10,876 nucleotides of DNA from assembly GCA_050178385.1 (NCBI GenBank), contig JBFXGD010000023.1, positions 19,919 to 30,794 on the forward strand, in the 5' to 3' direction. Of this stretch, positions 1-6,828 are shown one piece after another. The notes under the pieces are model-generated. The model was not told the origin of the DNA. It saw only the letters and a program-made list of their open reading frames with translations, and did no database searches. The translations under genes were made by a program, and so were the position numbers. Each line of letters opens with the position of its first letter. Within the stretch, counting starts at the first letter, position 1. Source of the stretch: Calditrichaceae bacterium (GTDB lineage Bacteria > Calditrichota > Calditrichia > Calditrichales > JBFXGD01).

Positions 1-146
1 ATTTTCTTGATAAAGAAAAAATAGGACATGATGAGATTTGCAGTGGCCTAAATAAAATTAAAATCGCATATCACGCGGTGGATTTGATTCAGCCGACTCT
101 TGAAAATCTGTTTTTAGAATTGATGACGGACAGAGGGGATGAATGA
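1..146 (+). CDS. 3' end of an ABC transporter ATP-binding protein (partial, runs off the left edge)
   Basis: Frame starting at nt 3 reads FLDKEKIGHDEICSGLNKIKIAYHAVDLIQPTLENLFLELMTDRGDE* (TGA 144-146). IQPTLENLFLELM matches the 'xPSLEDxFL' tail typical of ABC-2/DrrA-type ATPases. It lies upstream of a second ATPase and two permeases. Confidence 0.75.
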   Translation, partial: FLDKEKIGHDEICSGLNKIKIAYHAVDLIQPTLENLFLELMTDRGDE

Positions 147-273
147 AGAAAAAAGATAAAAGAAAAAAGAAAAAAGAGTAGATGTTCAGCACACAGGCCG
201 CCGTGCTTGTCAATCTGTAAGGATCTTCTGCTTTCTTGGGAAGAGAAGAAAAGTAGGAAGTAGGAAGTGAGAA
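146..273 (+). repeat. Direct repeat, copy 1 (module A with flanking heptamers)
   Basis: 146-261 aligns ungapped to 489-604 (116 bp, 2 mismatches: 178G/521A and 201C/544T). The match extends to 273/623 with one extra 7-mer in copy 2. Confidence 0.95.
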
Positions 274-339
274 AGAAAAGATAAAAGAAAAAAGAGTTAG
301 GAACTTAAGATTCAACTATGGTGTTGCGGGACTCTTCGG

Positions 340-442
340 GGCGAATTTTCTGTTCGAGTGGATGAATTAGAAAAACAGAACTAATTATCACGAGTTAAAA
401 TTCGCCAGGGCTTTTTGCTACTTTTTGGCCTTCAAAAAGTAG
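340..442. repeat. Module B: long imperfect inverted repeat followed by a perfect 10-bp hairpin
   Basis: GGCGAATTTT (340-349) pairs with AAAATTCGCC (397-406), with inner AATTAG (365-370)/CTAATT (381-386). CTACTTTTTG (418-427) pairs with CAAAAAGTAG (433-442) around a 5-nt loop. Confidence 0.85.
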
Positions 443-454
443 GGAGAAAAGAAT

Positions 455-482
455 AAGTAAGAAGTTGGAAGTAAGAAGTAAG
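455..482 (+). repeat. Heptamer tandem repeat, 4 units (AAGTAAG/AAGTTGG)
   Basis: AAGTAAG AAGTTGG AAGTAAG AAGTAAG read directly. Confidence 0.85.
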
Positions 483-488
483 AATTTT

Positions 489-623
489 AAGAAAAAAGAT
501 AAAAGAAAAAAGAAAAAAGAATAGATGTTCAGCACACAGGCCGTCGTGCTTGTCAATCTGTAAGGATCTTCTGCTTTCTTGGGAAGAGAAGAAAAGTAGG
601 AAGTTGGAAGTAGGAAGTGAGAA
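489..623 (+). repeat. Direct repeat, copy 2 (module A with flanking heptamers)
   Basis: Copy of 146-273 at offset 343 bp, with 2 substitutions and one additional heptamer unit. Confidence 0.95.
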
Positions 624-654
624 TTGTAAGAAAAATGATAAAAGAGTGAGAACG

Positions 655-747
655 GTCTGAACTCAGATTAAAATGATTAAATGATTTGGATGATTAAGAA
701 ACCGGAAATCAGAGTTTTAATTTAATCAGGCGAATCATAGTTCAGAC
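655..747. repeat. Module C: imperfect inverted repeat with periodic GATT / AATC arms
   Basis: In-register pairs: GTCTGAACT (655-663)/AGTTCAGAC (739-747), GATT (666-669)/AATC (733-736), TGATTAAAT (674-682)/ATTTAATCA (720-728), TGATT (691-695)/AATCA (707-711). Loop 696-706. Confidence 0.9.
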
Positions 748-764
748 AAAGAGGGGAAGAGGAT

Positions 765-834
765 AAGTAGGAAGTAGGAAGTAAGAAGTTGGAAGTAAGA
801 AGTAAGAAGTTGGAAGGAAGAAGTAAGAAGGAAG
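765..834 (+). repeat. Heptamer tandem repeat, 10 units (AAGTAGG/AAGTAAG/AAGTTGG/AAGGAAG)
   Basis: Ten consecutive in-phase 7-mers, each starting AAG and ending G. Confidence 0.92.
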
Positions 835-894
835 AAAAAAGGGGTGAAGAGAAAAACGGTATGCGGTCATAAAATGGTTAGTGCCGGGGAGAAT

Positions 895-903
895 TGTTAT
901 AAT
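895..903 (+). promoter_or_regulatory. Putative extended -10 sigma70 promoter (TGnTATAAT)
   Basis: TGTTATAAT at 895-903 is a perfect extended -10 consensus, 38 nt upstream of the ATG at 942. No clear -35 element. Confidence 0.5.
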
Positions 904-941
904 TTTGTCACGTAAATGTTCAAAATAAAAAGTCTGACAAT

Positions 942-1688
942 ATGAAGATAGATGAAAACGAATATGCCGTTGTTGTGGAGAATCTGACCAGGAGCTTTGG
1001 CTCTTTTAAAGCGGTGGATGATATCAGTTTTAAAGTCAAACGCGGCGCGATTTTTGGATTTCTGGGCGCAAACGGCGCGGGGAAAACGACTACGATCAGA
1101 ATGCTGTGCGGACTGCTGCTCCCGACATCCGGAAAGGCGACTGTCGCCGGATTTGATGTCTATACCGAGCCGGAAACCATTAAAAGAAATATCGGATATA
1201 TGAGTCAGAAATTCAGTCTTTACGATGATTTGACGGTAAGACAGAATATCGAGTTTTATGGCGGTATTTACGGATTAAACCGAAAAATGATCGAAACCAA
1301 GACAGATGAGTTACTGGCCTATCTGAAACTCGAAGAGCAGGCGGATCAGCTTACACGATCCCTGCCTCTTGGATGGAAACAGCGGATGGCATTGAGTACC
1401 GCTATTTTACACGATCCGGAAATCATCTTTCTGGATGAACCGACCAGCGGTGTCGATCCTGTGTCGCGAAGAAATTTCTGGCTGCTCATCTACGAGCTGG
1501 CCGAAAGGGGGAAGACCATTTTTGTGACAACCCATTATATGGATGAAGCGGAATATTGTCACCGGCTAAGCATTATGAGAGATGGACGGATCGTAGAGCT
1601 GGATAATCCTCAGAAACTCAAAAGCAAATACGGTGTGGAATCCATGCAGGAAGTTTTTATGAAGGTTGTAAGACAGGCGGCCGAATGA
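942..1688 (+). CDS. ABC transporter ATP-binding protein (ABC-2/multidrug family, resembles the C-terminal ATPase domain of YbhF)
   Basis: Walker A GANGAGKTT, Q-loop GYMSQKFSLY, degenerate signature LPLGWKQR, Walker B/D-loop IIFLDEPTSGVDP, H-switch TTHYMDEAE. Confidence 0.95.
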   Translation: MKIDENEYAVVVENLTRSFGSFKAVDDISFKVKRGAIFGFLGANGAGKTTTIRMLCGLLLPTSGKATVAGFDVYTEPETIKRNIGYMSQKFSLYDDLTVRQNIEFYGGIYGLNRKMIETKTDELLAYLKLEEQADQLTRSLPLGWKQRMALSTAILHDPEIIFLDEPTSGVDPVSRRNFWLLIYELAERGKTIFVTTHYMDEAEYCHRLSIMRDGRIVELDNPQKLKSKYGVESMQEVFMKVVRQAAE

Positions 1689-2788
1689 ATCAGATTCTAA
1701 GAAGTATCGCCAAAAAAGAGTTCACTCATATTTGGAGAGATCCACAGACCCTTGCCATTATCATCGCTATGCCGATCATTATGCTTTTTCTTTACGGTTA
1801 TGCGATTACCCTGGAAATGCGCAATATCGAAACCGTTATTGTTGATTTATCCAAAACACCGGAAAGCAGGGCATTGACAGAGAAAATAATCTCAACGGAC
1901 TTCTTTATTGTTACCGATGTGGATGTTCCTTATAACCAGATCGAATCCATATTCTATCAGAGAAAAGCGCGGTGTGTTCTCGTAATACCGGAAAACTTTT
2001 CAAGAGAATTGCAGACCGGCGTGAACACACCGGTGCAGTTGCTGATCGACGCGAGTGACCCGAACGCGGCAAACTATATAAACAATTATGTCACGCTTAT
2101 CGTAAGTAAATATAATTTTATGATGAATCAACAGATGATGACCGCGTTTCAGATTGAACCGAGACTTTTGTATAACCCGGACTTAAAATCTTCCTATTTC
2201 TTTGTACCCGGTCTGATCGCTGTAATTATGCTGCTGATCAGCGCGCTACTGACAAGCATCACTATCGTGCGTGAGAAAGAGGTGGGAACCATGGAACAGA
2301 TTCTCGTCAGTCCGGTGCGGCCTGTCCAGATTATCATCGGGAAGGTAATCCCATATGTAATCATCGGTTTTTTTGACAGCATTCTCGTGCTGTTTTTCGC
2401 CTGGCTATGGTTTGATGTCCCTGTGAATGGTTCCCTAATGCTGCTTAACGTCATGCTGATACTATATTTGCTGACCGGTTTAAGTCTGGGACTACTAATT
2501 TCAACGGTTACGAGTTCACAACAGGTGGCCATGCTGGTGACGATTGTCGCGACCATATTACCGACGGTGATGCTCACTGGATTTATTTTTCCCATCAAAA
2601 GTATGCCGGAAATTCTGCAGTATATCGCCTGGATTATACCCGCGACACATTTTATAGAAATTATTCGCGGAATCATGCTCAAAGGTGTCGGCTTCGCGGA
2701 ATTGTCATGGCAAACGATGTATCTGGTGGTGATGTCCGCCGGATTGATCATTTTAAGTCTCAGAAAGTTCAGTACGAAACTGGAGTAA
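1685..2788 (+). CDS. ABC-2 type transporter permease (YbhS/YbhR-like)
   Basis: N-terminal KKEF..I.RD plus a TM helix, large extracytoplasmic loop, YNP.L...FFVPG, IVREKEVGTMEQILVSP, GK.IPY, and C-terminal TM helices. ATGA overlap with the ATPase stop. Confidence 0.93.
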   Translation: MNQILRSIAKKEFTHIWRDPQTLAIIIAMPIIMLFLYGYAITLEMRNIETVIVDLSKTPESRALTEKIISTDFFIVTDVDVPYNQIESIFYQRKARCVLVIPENFSRELQTGVNTPVQLLIDASDPNAANYINNYVTLIVSKYNFMMNQQMMTAFQIEPRLLYNPDLKSSYFFVPGLIAVIMLLISALLTSITIVREKEVGTMEQILVSPVRPVQIIIGKVIPYVIIGFFDSILVLFFAWLWFDVPVNGSLMLLNVMLILYLLTGLSLGLLISTVTSSQQVAMLVTIVATILPTVMLTGFIFPIKSMPEILQYIAWIIPATHFIEIIRGIMLKGVGFAELSWQTMYLVVMSAGLIILSLRKFSTKLE

Positions 2789-2790
2789 CA

Positions 2791-3918
2791 ATGATCCAAA
2801 GGATATTATACCTGATACAAAAAGAATTCAGGGAAATTTTACGGGAAAAAGCCTTCATCGGTATTATTTTTGTTATGCCGTTTGTTGAGATTGTATTACT
2901 GGGATTTGCTATAACTACGGATGTGAAGCATGTTCCGCTGGCTATTGTTGATCTTGATCATTCACAATCCAGCCGGAGAATCATCGACGCGTTTAGTGTG
3001 ACGGAATCATTCGAGTATATCGGGGTGGTGGAAACTGAAACCAGGTCCAAAGAGATGATGGATTATGGGGAAATAAAACTGGCATTGGTCATTCCGCCAC
3101 ATTTTGAAAGGGATCTTAAAAACGGTATTCAGCCCAAAGTTCAGGCAATTGTTGACGGGGTGGATGGAAATTCGGCAGGAATTGCTCTCGGATATGTCAA
3201 TCAGATTTCTGTTAATCTTCAGAAAGAATGGTTAGGAAGCGCCGGACTTCTCGCGCAAAAAACGGCGGGTGTGCATATAACTGAAATTTTACCCCTTATG
3301 TTATATAATCCAAGCCTTGAAAGCGTAAATAATATTGTCCCCGGAGTCATCGCTGTCCTGCTTACCATTATTACGGCAGTATTGACAGGTATGAGCATAG
3401 TCAGGGAAAAAGAAATCGGCACACTTGAACAAATAATGGTAACGCCCATCACAAGCAGTGAACTTATTATCGGAAAAACGATTCCATTCCTGATCATTTC
3501 CTTCCTGCTCCTGAACGTCGGAATTTTGGCCGCGGGAATCATCTTCGGGATCTGGATAAAAGGCAATCTGATGTTACTTTATGTGTTGAGCATGATATTT
3601 AGCTTGAGCACCCTCGGACTAGGAATATTTGCATCGACGATGGCTAAAACTCAGCAGCAGGCCATGTTTGTCGCCTGGTTTTTTTCGATTTTCGCTTTTA
3701 TTCTCTCCGGTTTTTTTATTCCCATCCAAAACATGCCCGACTGGGTGCAAATGGTCACCTATCTCAATCCCCTGCGTTACTACATGGTGGTAATCAGGGA
3801 AATATATTTAAAGGGCACATCAGCCCCTTATCTTGTAAAAGAGGCACTGGCCATGTTAGCTTTCGGATTAATCGCTTTCGGATCTGCGGTCCTGCGTTTC
3901 CAAAAACGTCTGAGCTGA
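2791..3918 (+). CDS. ABC-2 type transporter permease (YbhR/YbhS-like)
   Basis: Same motif set (QKEFREILR, YNPSL, IVREKEIGTLEQIMVTP, LSGFFIPI.NMP, NPLRYY). Start moved from 2707 to ATG 2791, which follows the previous stop by 2 nt, has GGAG at 2782-2785 and aligns with the paralog's N-terminus (375 aa). Confidence 0.92.
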   Translation: MIQRILYLIQKEFREILREKAFIGIIFVMPFVEIVLLGFAITTDVKHVPLAIVDLDHSQSSRRIIDAFSVTESFEYIGVVETETRSKEMMDYGEIKLALVIPPHFERDLKNGIQPKVQAIVDGVDGNSAGIALGYVNQISVNLQKEWLGSAGLLAQKTAGVHITEILPLMLYNPSLESVNNIVPGVIAVLLTIITAVLTGMSIVREKEIGTLEQIMVTPITSSELIIGKTIPFLIISFLLLNVGILAAGIIFGIWIKGNLMLLYVLSMIFSLSTLGLGIFASTMAKTQQQAMFVAWFFSIFAFILSGFFIPIQNMPDWVQMVTYLNPLRYYMVVIREIYLKGTSAPYLVKEALAMLAFGLIAFGSAVLRFQKRLS

Positions 3919-4105
3919 TCGATAGAAGAACATTCATCAGGAAAAAAAATCTCACCTGTTAGAAAATTATTTTTTATGGAAAATAAATTCATTTTTCTTG
4001 TTTAATAGATACAGATCCTCATTCTTAATGAATTAGTCCTGGATAGATAGAACTGATCCTGTTCAATATTTTCATATCGGATTGTAAATTTCAGGAGACA
4101 GTTGT

Positions 4106-5224
4106 ATGAATTCAAAGGCAGAAACCATAATCCGTGAATTGCTTGAGACGGCCGGCATCGAGATAAACGGCCATGCGCGGTATGATATTGCCGTGCATGA
4201 TGATCGCTTTTACAAACGGGTGTTGGATGATTCCGCGCTGGGTATGGGTGAGTCATATATGGACGCGTGGTGGGATTGTGATGCTCTGGATGAGTTTTTT
4301 TACCGGGTATTGTCTTCCGGGATACCTGCAAAAATTAGAGATAGTCTCTCATTAAAATGGCATGTCTTTAAATCCAGACTTTTTAATCTTCAAAACCGGC
4401 ACAGAGCATATCAGGTTGGAATACACCATTATGATATTGGGAATGATTTGTTCAGGGCGATGCTCGATAAAAGAATGAATTATAGCTGCGCTTACTGGAA
4501 AAACGCGGATAATCTTGATTATGCCCAGGAAGCCAAGCTCGATATGATTTGTAAAAAAATCGATCTCAGGGATGGAATGATTGTTCTTGATATCGGCTGC
4601 GGATGGGGTGCGTTCGCGAAGTTTGCCGCGGAGAAGTACGGCGCTTCGGTTACCGGCATAACAGTTTCAAAAAATCAGCATGATCTGGGCAAAGAATTGT
4701 GTCGTGGGCTGCCCGTTGAAATTAGAATGCAGGATTACCGCGCGGTAAAAGGATTATTTGACCGCGTGATATCCATAGGCAGTTTTGAGCATATCGGTTA
4801 TAAAAATCACCGGACCTATATGGAGGTAGTTGACCGGACTCTAAAAGATGACGGGATTGCATTTGTTCAGACAATCGGACAAAACAAGAGTTCGACCACG
4901 ATGAATCCATGGTCAACAAAATACATATTCCCAAACGGTTTAGTTCCTTCTGTCAGACAAATAGGCTCGGCGGCGGAAAATCTGTTTGTCATGGAGGACT
5001 GGCATAATTTCGGACCGGATTATGATAAGACCCTAATGGCATGGCATAAAAATTTTACAAATGCCTGGCCGGAACTAAGCAATGATTATGATGACCGGTT
5101 CGAAAGAATGTGGAGATACTATCTTCTGAGTTCAGCGGCAGGATTCCGCTCACGGGAGAACCAGTTATGGCAGATCGTACTGACGAAAACAGGACGCCAT
5201 CAGCCGGAGAGCAGATATTGTTGA
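4106..5224 (+). CDS. cfa: Cyclopropane-fatty-acyl-phospholipid synthase
   Basis: LGMGESYMDAWWDC, HYDIGNDLF, MNYSCAYW, AQEAKL, SAM motif VLDIGCGWG, FEHIG.KN, KYIFPNG, EDWHNFGPDYDKTLMAW, RMWRYYL. RBS AGGAG upstream. Confidence 0.95.
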   Translation: MNSKAETIIRELLETAGIEINGHARYDIAVHDDRFYKRVLDDSALGMGESYMDAWWDCDALDEFFYRVLSSGIPAKIRDSLSLKWHVFKSRLFNLQNRHRAYQVGIHHYDIGNDLFRAMLDKRMNYSCAYWKNADNLDYAQEAKLDMICKKIDLRDGMIVLDIGCGWGAFAKFAAEKYGASVTGITVSKNQHDLGKELCRGLPVEIRMQDYRAVKGLFDRVISIGSFEHIGYKNHRTYMEVVDRTLKDDGIAFVQTIGQNKSSTTMNPWSTKYIFPNGLVPSVRQIGSAAENLFVMEDWHNFGPDYDKTLMAWHKNFTNAWPELSNDYDDRFERMWRYYLLSSAAGFRSRENQLWQIVLTKTGRHQPESRYC

Positions 5225-5341
5225 ACGGGAGATTATTTATTTTTGTTATGTGAATCAGTTTTATTTATGTGTATTATATCACATATGTTGTGGTAGTACC
5301 TGAATAAAAATTAATTCTAAAATTTTTAGACAGGGGGGGCC

Positions 5342-6196
5342 ATGTTATCAAAAGTTAAACTTACCATTCTTTCCGAAAACAGGGTAAACAACCCGAAGCT
5401 AATCGCCGAACAGGGGCTGTCGGTGCTGGTCCAGACTTCAAAAGGAAATATTCTGTTTGATACAGGTCAGACGGACGCGTTTTTGCACAACGCAAGTCAG
5501 CTCGGTATTGATCTCAGTCTAGTGGATATGATTTTTTTGAGTCATGGTCATTTTGACCACACCGGCGGATTGACTCATTTTGTGAAACGCGTAAAACCAA
5601 TTTCCGTCGTATGCCACCCTGCCTTAACAAATAAAAAATTCCGCGTTTATCCGAATGGAAAAGTAAATATAGGAGTGCCCTGGGAAAAGAAGGATGTTAC
5701 ATCTTCGGGGGCGAATTTTATTTTTAAATCGCATGCCCATGAACTTTTCCCGGATGTATGGATTTCAGGAGAAATCCCGCGTCTTACCGATTATGAATTA
5801 ATTGATGAAACCTACCAGCAGCGAGTATTGGAAAGCTACATCCACGATGAAATTCATGATGATATGTCGCTGATACTAAATACTGAAAAGGGATTGATTG
5901 TTCTTCTCGGATGCGGACATTCAGGCGCTGTTAACAGTGTAAAACACGCGATGAGAATTACTCACAATAATAGCATATTCGCTGTTTTCGGGGGTATGCA
6001 CCTGCTTGGCAGTCCGTTAAAAAAAATTGAGCGTGTTGTTGCCGACCTGAGGAAAATAGATCCCGCTTATTTAGTTCCCCTGCATTGCACCGGTTTTACG
6101 GCAATACATACGATGTTCCAGCATTTCAAGGACAGGGTAAAGCTGATGAATGTGGGCGATTCATTCGATTTATCAGCGGAACATCAACGAAATTAA
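5342..6196 (+). CDS. MBL-fold metallo-hydrolase (COG1237-like; often annotated as 7,8-dihydropterin-6-yl-methyl-4-(beta-D-ribofuranosyl)aminobenzene 5'-phosphate synthase-like)
   Basis: AEQGLS, ILFDTG, SHGHFDHTGG (HxHxDH), GEIPR, GCGHSG, GGMHL, HCTG. Confidence 0.88.
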   Translation: MLSKVKLTILSENRVNNPKLIAEQGLSVLVQTSKGNILFDTGQTDAFLHNASQLGIDLSLVDMIFLSHGHFDHTGGLTHFVKRVKPISVVCHPALTNKKFRVYPNGKVNIGVPWEKKDVTSSGANFIFKSHAHELFPDVWISGEIPRLTDYELIDETYQQRVLESYIHDEIHDDMSLILNTEKGLIVLLGCGHSGAVNSVKHAMRITHNNSIFAVFGGMHLLGSPLKKIERVVADLRKIDPAYLVPLHCTGFTAIHTMFQHFKDRVKLMNVGDSFDLSAEHQRN

Positions 6197-6265
6197 CATA
6201 AATAGGATTATAATTTGGGAATGCCGAATATAGGCCGGGGGATTTTTAAATAACGGAGGTGTCTT

Positions 6266-6592
6266 ATGAAAACTGCCTTTTTCATGGTTTTTTTGTTTGT
6301 TCTCATGATTGGGTCAAATGCTTCGGCTGCGCGTTTATATGCTGACGCTGATTCAACAGAGATTAAACCGGATTTCAAAAATGTGAATGTGGTAGTGGAA
6401 TACGAATGGAAGGACAGTGAGACTCTTGAAAAAGTAGAAGTTTATCTTCATCTTGATACTAAGGAACCGTATGTTGAAATCATCGCCAGCGAATTTAGAA
6501 AATGTGAGATAAGTATTATTGAGGGAATAACCGTAAAAATATTCGATTCCCAGACGGGCAAATTGCTGAAGGCAATAAAACCAAAGAAGTAG
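6266..6592 (+). CDS. Hypothetical secreted protein (108 aa, Sec-type signal peptide)
   Basis: Strong RBS GGAGGT at 6255-6260. The N-terminus is MK, then a hydrophobic stretch, then an A-S-A cleavage motif. No recognised domain. Confidence 0.75.
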   Translation: MKTAFFMVFLFVLMIGSNASAARLYADADSTEIKPDFKNVNVVVEYEWKDSETLEKVEVYLHLDTKEPYVEIIASEFRKCEISIIEGITVKIFDSQTGKLLKAIKPKK

Positions 6593-6632
6593 AATAAACT
6601 ATTCTCATATCTACAATTGTTCGGCCTTAATT

Positions 6633-6663
6633 AAATCCTGTCCATAGGGAAACGGGATTTTAT
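6633..6663 (+). terminator. Putative intrinsic terminator
   Basis: AAATCCTGT (6633-6641) pairs with ACGGGATTT (6652-6660) with one G-U pair, ending in TTTTAT, about 40 nt after the stop at 6592. Confidence 0.5.
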
Positions 6664-6828
6664 ATGTAAAAACGTTAAAATAGTCGGGATAAGCAGGAGG
6701 ATTGAATCTTTAAATATGTGGTTTTTGCTTGTTTTTTTAATAAAAGCTGTTAGATATTCCATACGCTTAGCAGCATAAATTTTTAGTAGTTATTTTCAAA
6801 AAAGACAAATATTTAGTAAATTTAATCT

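Noticed and set aside
58..315. 85-aa minus-strand ORF
   Set aside because: Low-complexity F/S/L sequence produced by reading the purine tracts backwards. It overlaps the ATPase tail antisense.
146..623. CRISPR array
   Set aside because: Only two long copies (~116-135 bp) 343 bp apart. No 23-50-bp repeats with regular unique spacers, and no cas genes in the window.
147..941. Autonomous IS element or known riboswitch
   Set aside because: No transposase ORF, no terminal inverted repeats bounding the whole region, and no riboswitch consensus recognised by eye. An Rfam search was not possible.
2707..2790. 28-aa N-terminal extension of the second permease
   Set aside because: It overlaps the previous gene by 82 nt. 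ATG 2791 has an RBS and matches the family N-terminus.
997..4934. Alternative ORFs 997-1203, 2194-2799, 3219-3566, 4002-4331, 4173-4355, 4722-4934
   Set aside because: Shadow or antisense frames of well-supported genes, with no recognisable motifs.
5245..5300. Rex/CRP-like operator upstream of the MBL gene (ATGTGAA..., TATCACA-N5-TGTGGTA)
   Set aside because: Half-sites are incomplete or wrongly oriented, and the AT-rich context makes such matches likely by chance.
5333..5339. G7 tract as a phase-variation site
   Set aside because: Short, and adequately explained as a G-rich ribosome-binding site.
333..5719. TCTTCGGGG(G)CGAATTTT shared between module B (333-349) and the MBL gene (5702-5719)
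   Set aside because: A short match with an indel and no extension. The second copy is ordinary coding sequence (SSGANF), so it is most likely chance.
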